A DNA stretch of 64,000 nucleotides from Cryomorphaceae bacterium MED-G11 (GTDB lineage: Bacteria; Bacteroidota; Bacteroidia; Flavobacteriales; Flavobacteriaceae): NCBI GenBank assembly GCA_002457075.1, contig NTKQ01000001.1, positions 22,079 to 86,078 of the forward strand. Direction: 5' to 3'. Positions 61,298 to 64,000 of this stretch are shown piece by piece. A program made the position numbers and the translations under genes. The notes beneath the pieces were generated by a model, which was not told the origin of the DNA, searched no databases, and saw nothing but the letters and a program-made list of their open reading frames with translations. Position 1 is the stretch's first letter, and each line of letters starts with the position of its first letter.

Positions 61298-62487
61298 TGA
61301 AATGGCTTAGAGATATAGGACCAGGTGTTTTAATTGCTGCAGCATTCATTGGACCTGGAACTGTAACTCTATGCACTATTGCAGGTGCATCTTTTGGATA
61401 CTCATTAATTTGGGCAATTATCTTGTCTACATTTTCTACAATTGTACTTCAAGAAATGTCACTTAGAATAGGCTTAGTTACAAGAATGAACCTAGCTGAA
61501 GTTATTAGAACTTCAATAAAATCTAAGATTCTAAATAGATTTATAATATTACTTATTATTTCTTCTATATTAATTGGAAATACTGCATATGAAGCTGGTA
61601 ATATAACAGGGGCATCACTTGGTATTTCTGCAATTATTAATTATGAATCTATCAATTATATTCCTGTCTTTATTGGTTTAATAGCATTTGTAATACTCTA
61701 TCAAGGTGATTATAAAATATTAGAAAAATCTCTGATATCGCTTGTCATAGTAATGAGTATATCTTTTTTTATTACTGCTATAATGACAAAACCTGATATA
61801 ACTAGTCTTTTAAAAGGTATTTTTAAACCTCAGGTCAACTCAAGTAATTTGATAGTTGTTTTAGGTCTAATTGGAACTACTGTAGTTCCGTACAATATCT
61901 TTCTTCATTCATCATTAGTATCTGAAAAATGGAATTCAATTGAAAAACTTAAAGTAGCAAGAATTGAAAGTTTTATTTCAATCCTTCTTGGAGGTCTAGT
62001 TTCATTATCAATAATAATTACTGCTGCATCAGTTTCTAATCAAAATGTGACTGGAGTTATTGACCTAGCTAAAGGCTTAGAGCCATTATATGGAAAATTT
62101 GCAATTTATTTTCTTGGATTAGGTTTGTTTGCCTCTGGAATAACTTCATCAATAACAGCACCATTAGCCGCTGCTTATGTTGCTAAAAGCTGCTTTGGTT
62201 GGAATAATTCACTTAAAAGTAAACGATTTAGACTCGTTTGGATTTTTATTTTAATCACAGGTGTATTTGTATCAATGATTAAAATTAATCCTATAGAAAT
62301 AATAAAATTTGCTCAGTTTTCAAATAGTCTTTTACTGCCCATAATTGCAATAATACTTTTGTGGTTAATCAATGATAAGAATATAATTAGTTCTAAATTC
62401 AATTATAAATACCAAAACATATTTGGTTTTCTCATAGTAATTATTTCTTTAGTACTAGGAATCAAAGGTTTAATTTCTCTATTCTAA
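61297..62487 (+). CDS. NRAMP-superfamily permease, divergent YcsG-like type lacking the canonical metal ligands
   Basis: 396 aa, about 11 TM. TM1 reads AAFIGPGTVT where MntH has DPGN. TM6 reads GTTVVPYNIFLHSSLV where MntH has ..MPHN.FLHS. TAATG overlaps at both ends (with the M14 gene and with pxpA). Confidence 0.8.
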   Translation: MKWLRDIGPGVLIAAAFIGPGTVTLCTIAGASFGYSLIWAIILSTFSTIVLQEMSLRIGLVTRMNLAEVIRTSIKSKILNRFIILLIISSILIGNTAYEAGNITGASLGISAIINYESINYIPVFIGLIAFVILYQGDYKILEKSLISLVIVMSISFFITAIMTKPDITSLLKGIFKPQVNSSNLIVVLGLIGTTVVPYNIFLHSSLVSEKWNSIEKLKVARIESFISILLGGLVSLSIIITAASVSNQNVTGVIDLAKGLEPLYGKFAIYFLGLGLFASGITSSITAPLAAAYVAKSCFGWNNSLKSKRFRLVWIFILITGVFVSMIKINPIEIIKFAQFSNSLLLPIIAIILLWLINDKNIISSKFNYKYQNIFGFLIVIISLVLGIKGLISLF

Positions 62488-63200
62488 TGATAAATATTAA
62501 TTGTGATTTAGGAGAAGGTTTAAATAATGAGCATATCATTATGCCTTTGATAAATTCTTGTAATATTGCGTGTGGTGGTCATGCAGGAAACAATGAAAGT
62601 ATGATTCAATGTGTAGAAATTGCAATAAGAAATAATGTGCAAATTGGAGCACATCCATCCTATCCTGATAGATTAAATTTTGGAAGAAAAAAAATAAAAA
62701 TTTCAAGTTCAGAGTTTTCACATAGTATAATTGATCAAATTAATTCATTAGAGCAAATAGCTAGCTCATATGGTAAAGAAATAAATCATATTAAAGCTCA
62801 TGGTGCATTATATAATGAAATGATTAATGATTCAGATGTAGCAGATTTTTATCTAGATACGATAAAGGATTATAAAGAAAGGTGTTCATTATATGTTCCG
62901 TATCAGTCTGAGATTGAGATGTTAGCTTTAAAAAGAGGTTTTAAAATAATTTATGAAGTTTTTGCAGATAGAAACTACAATGATGATCTAAGTTTAGTTT
63001 CTAGAGATAAAGACTATGCTTTAATTAATACTCCAAAAGAGGTTATTAAACATATTAAAAGTGTTATAGAATCAAATATTGTTAAGACAGTTTCAGGAAA
63101 TACATATAAAATAAAATTTAATACATTATGTGTTCATTCAGACACAAACAACTCTATTAAAATTCTTAAAGAAATAAATAAAGTTTTTAAGAATAGATGA
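62487..63200 (+). CDS. pxpA: 5-oxoprolinase subunit A (LamB/YcsF family)
   Basis: NINCDLGEG...IMPLINSCNIACGGHAGN...IGAHPSYPDRLNFGRK is the LamB/YcsF signature. Confidence 0.88.
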   Translation: MININCDLGEGLNNEHIIMPLINSCNIACGGHAGNNESMIQCVEIAIRNNVQIGAHPSYPDRLNFGRKKIKISSSEFSHSIIDQINSLEQIASSYGKEINHIKAHGALYNEMINDSDVADFYLDTIKDYKERCSLYVPYQSEIEMLALKRGFKIIYEVFADRNYNDDLSLVSRDKDYALINTPKEVIKHIKSVIESNIVKTVSGNTYKIKFNTLCVHSDTNNSIKILKEINKVFKNR

Positions 63201-63204
63201 TATT

Positions 63205-63906
63205 ATGAAATATTTTATTTATAGCTCAAATTCTATCCTAATTACCTATAATTCTGATATTAACTCAGACTTAATTCAAGTTCTTTCTTCCCTAAAAAGT
63301 AAAATTGAAATTGATTATAAAGAATATTTGATTGATACAGTTCAATCTATAAATTCATTACTTGTAGTTTTTGATAGTAATAAAATTTCAGTAGATGATT
63401 TCTATATTAAAGTAAAGAGTATAAAGACAGGGAAAACTAAAAATAAACTAAAAAGTAAAATATGGGAGGTTCCTGTATGTTATGATCCTTCTTATGCTTC
63501 TGATCTTGAGGAATTTTCAAAATCAAAAAATTTATCTAAACAAGATGTTATTAAAATACATAAATCTAAAGTATACGATATAATGTCTATGGGTTTCTTG
63601 CCGGGTTTTATGTATTTAGGAAATACTGATAATAGACTTTACTGTGAAAGAAAACCAAGACCTTCTCTAAATATTAAAAAGGGATCAATTGGACTAGCGT
63701 TAAATCAAACATGTATTTACCCTCAGGACAGTCCTGGAGGGTGGCATATAATAGGTTCATCCCCTATAAACTTCTTTGATTTAAACTATAAATCTCCTTG
63801 CTTTGCCAAGCCTGGTGATAAAATAAAATTTTTTGAGATATCTAAATCTAGATATGAATCAATCAAAAATAATAAATCTATTAAACCTAATTTTCAGACA
63901 ATATGA
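63205..63906 (+). CDS. pxpB: 5-oxoprolinase subunit B (KipI / allophanate hydrolase subunit 1 family)
   Basis: WEVPVCYD...YDIMSMGFLPGFMYLG...RKPRPSLNIKKGSIGLALNQTCIYPQDSPGGWHIIGSSP matches the KipI/PxpB pattern. Confidence 0.88.
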   Translation: MKYFIYSSNSILITYNSDINSDLIQVLSSLKSKIEIDYKEYLIDTVQSINSLLVVFDSNKISVDDFYIKVKSIKTGKTKNKLKSKIWEVPVCYDPSYASDLEEFSKSKNLSKQDVIKIHKSKVYDIMSMGFLPGFMYLGNTDNRLYCERKPRPSLNIKKGSIGLALNQTCIYPQDSPGGWHIIGSSPINFFDLNYKSPCFAKPGDKIKFFEISKSRYESIKNNKSIKPNFQTI

Positions 63907-64000
63907 TTAAAGTGATTGATCCAGGACTTTATTCCAGTATTCAAGATAATGGAAGGTTTGGATATAGAAATATAGGTGTTCCCTATTCAGGTTTTATGGA
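63903..64000 (+). CDS. pxpC: 5-oxoprolinase subunit C (KipA / allophanate hydrolase subunit 2 family), 5' fragment running off the window
   Basis: My translation from ATG 63903 is MIKVIDPGLYSSIQDNGRFGYRNIGVPYSGFM, the typical PxpC N-terminus. ATGA overlap with the pxpB stop. Confidence 0.8.
   Translation, partial: MIKVIDPGLYSSIQDNGRFGYRNIGVPYSGFM

Overview
This is an AT-rich (about one-third G+C by eye), very tightly packed chromosomal segment. It looks like a streamlined marine Flavobacteriia (Bacteroidota) genome. Supporting signs: no Shine-Dalgarno motifs ahead of the ORFs, TAnnTTTG -7 type promoter boxes, a DUF4199 plus GT2 pair, Cys-free L31 type B, and a proteorhodopsin with Met at the tuning site.

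Content in order:
- 1-14.7 kb: the 3' end of fusA and the complete S10-spc-alpha ribosomal superoperon (rpsJ to rplQ, including secY, infA, rpmJ and rpoA).
- 14.7-20.3 kb: carA, eno, gltA, argS.
- 20.3-22.0 kb: a proteorhodopsin gene divergently paired with a Brp/Blh-type beta-carotene dioxygenase.
- 22-38 kb: folD, envelope and housekeeping genes, purL, an MsbA-like ABC exporter.
- 38-52.7 kb: an L31 gene with a long acidic tandem-repeat tail, mtaB, rpmH, a carB lacking the allosteric domain, purB, priA, rpsF-rpsR-rplI, hisS.
- 52.7-64 kb: a peptidase-rich stretch. It includes a co-directional, overlapping-stop/start cluster of amidohydrolase, M14 carboxypeptidase, an NRAMP-like transporter and pxpABC (5-oxoprolinase).

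I found no rRNA, tRNA, CRISPR array, transposase, integrase or phage gene. Intergenic gaps are all under about 170 bp.

I cannot point to a clearly new multi-gene system, because the window is mostly core genome. The items most worth a second look are:
- the proteorhodopsin/blh light-harvesting pair;
- the ribosomal protein L31 with 12 in-frame 18-bp repeats;
- the NRAMP-like permease that has lost all canonical metal-ligand residues and is translationally coupled into the carboxypeptidase/5-oxoprolinase cluster.

All functional calls rest on my reading of the translated ORFs. No database search was run.
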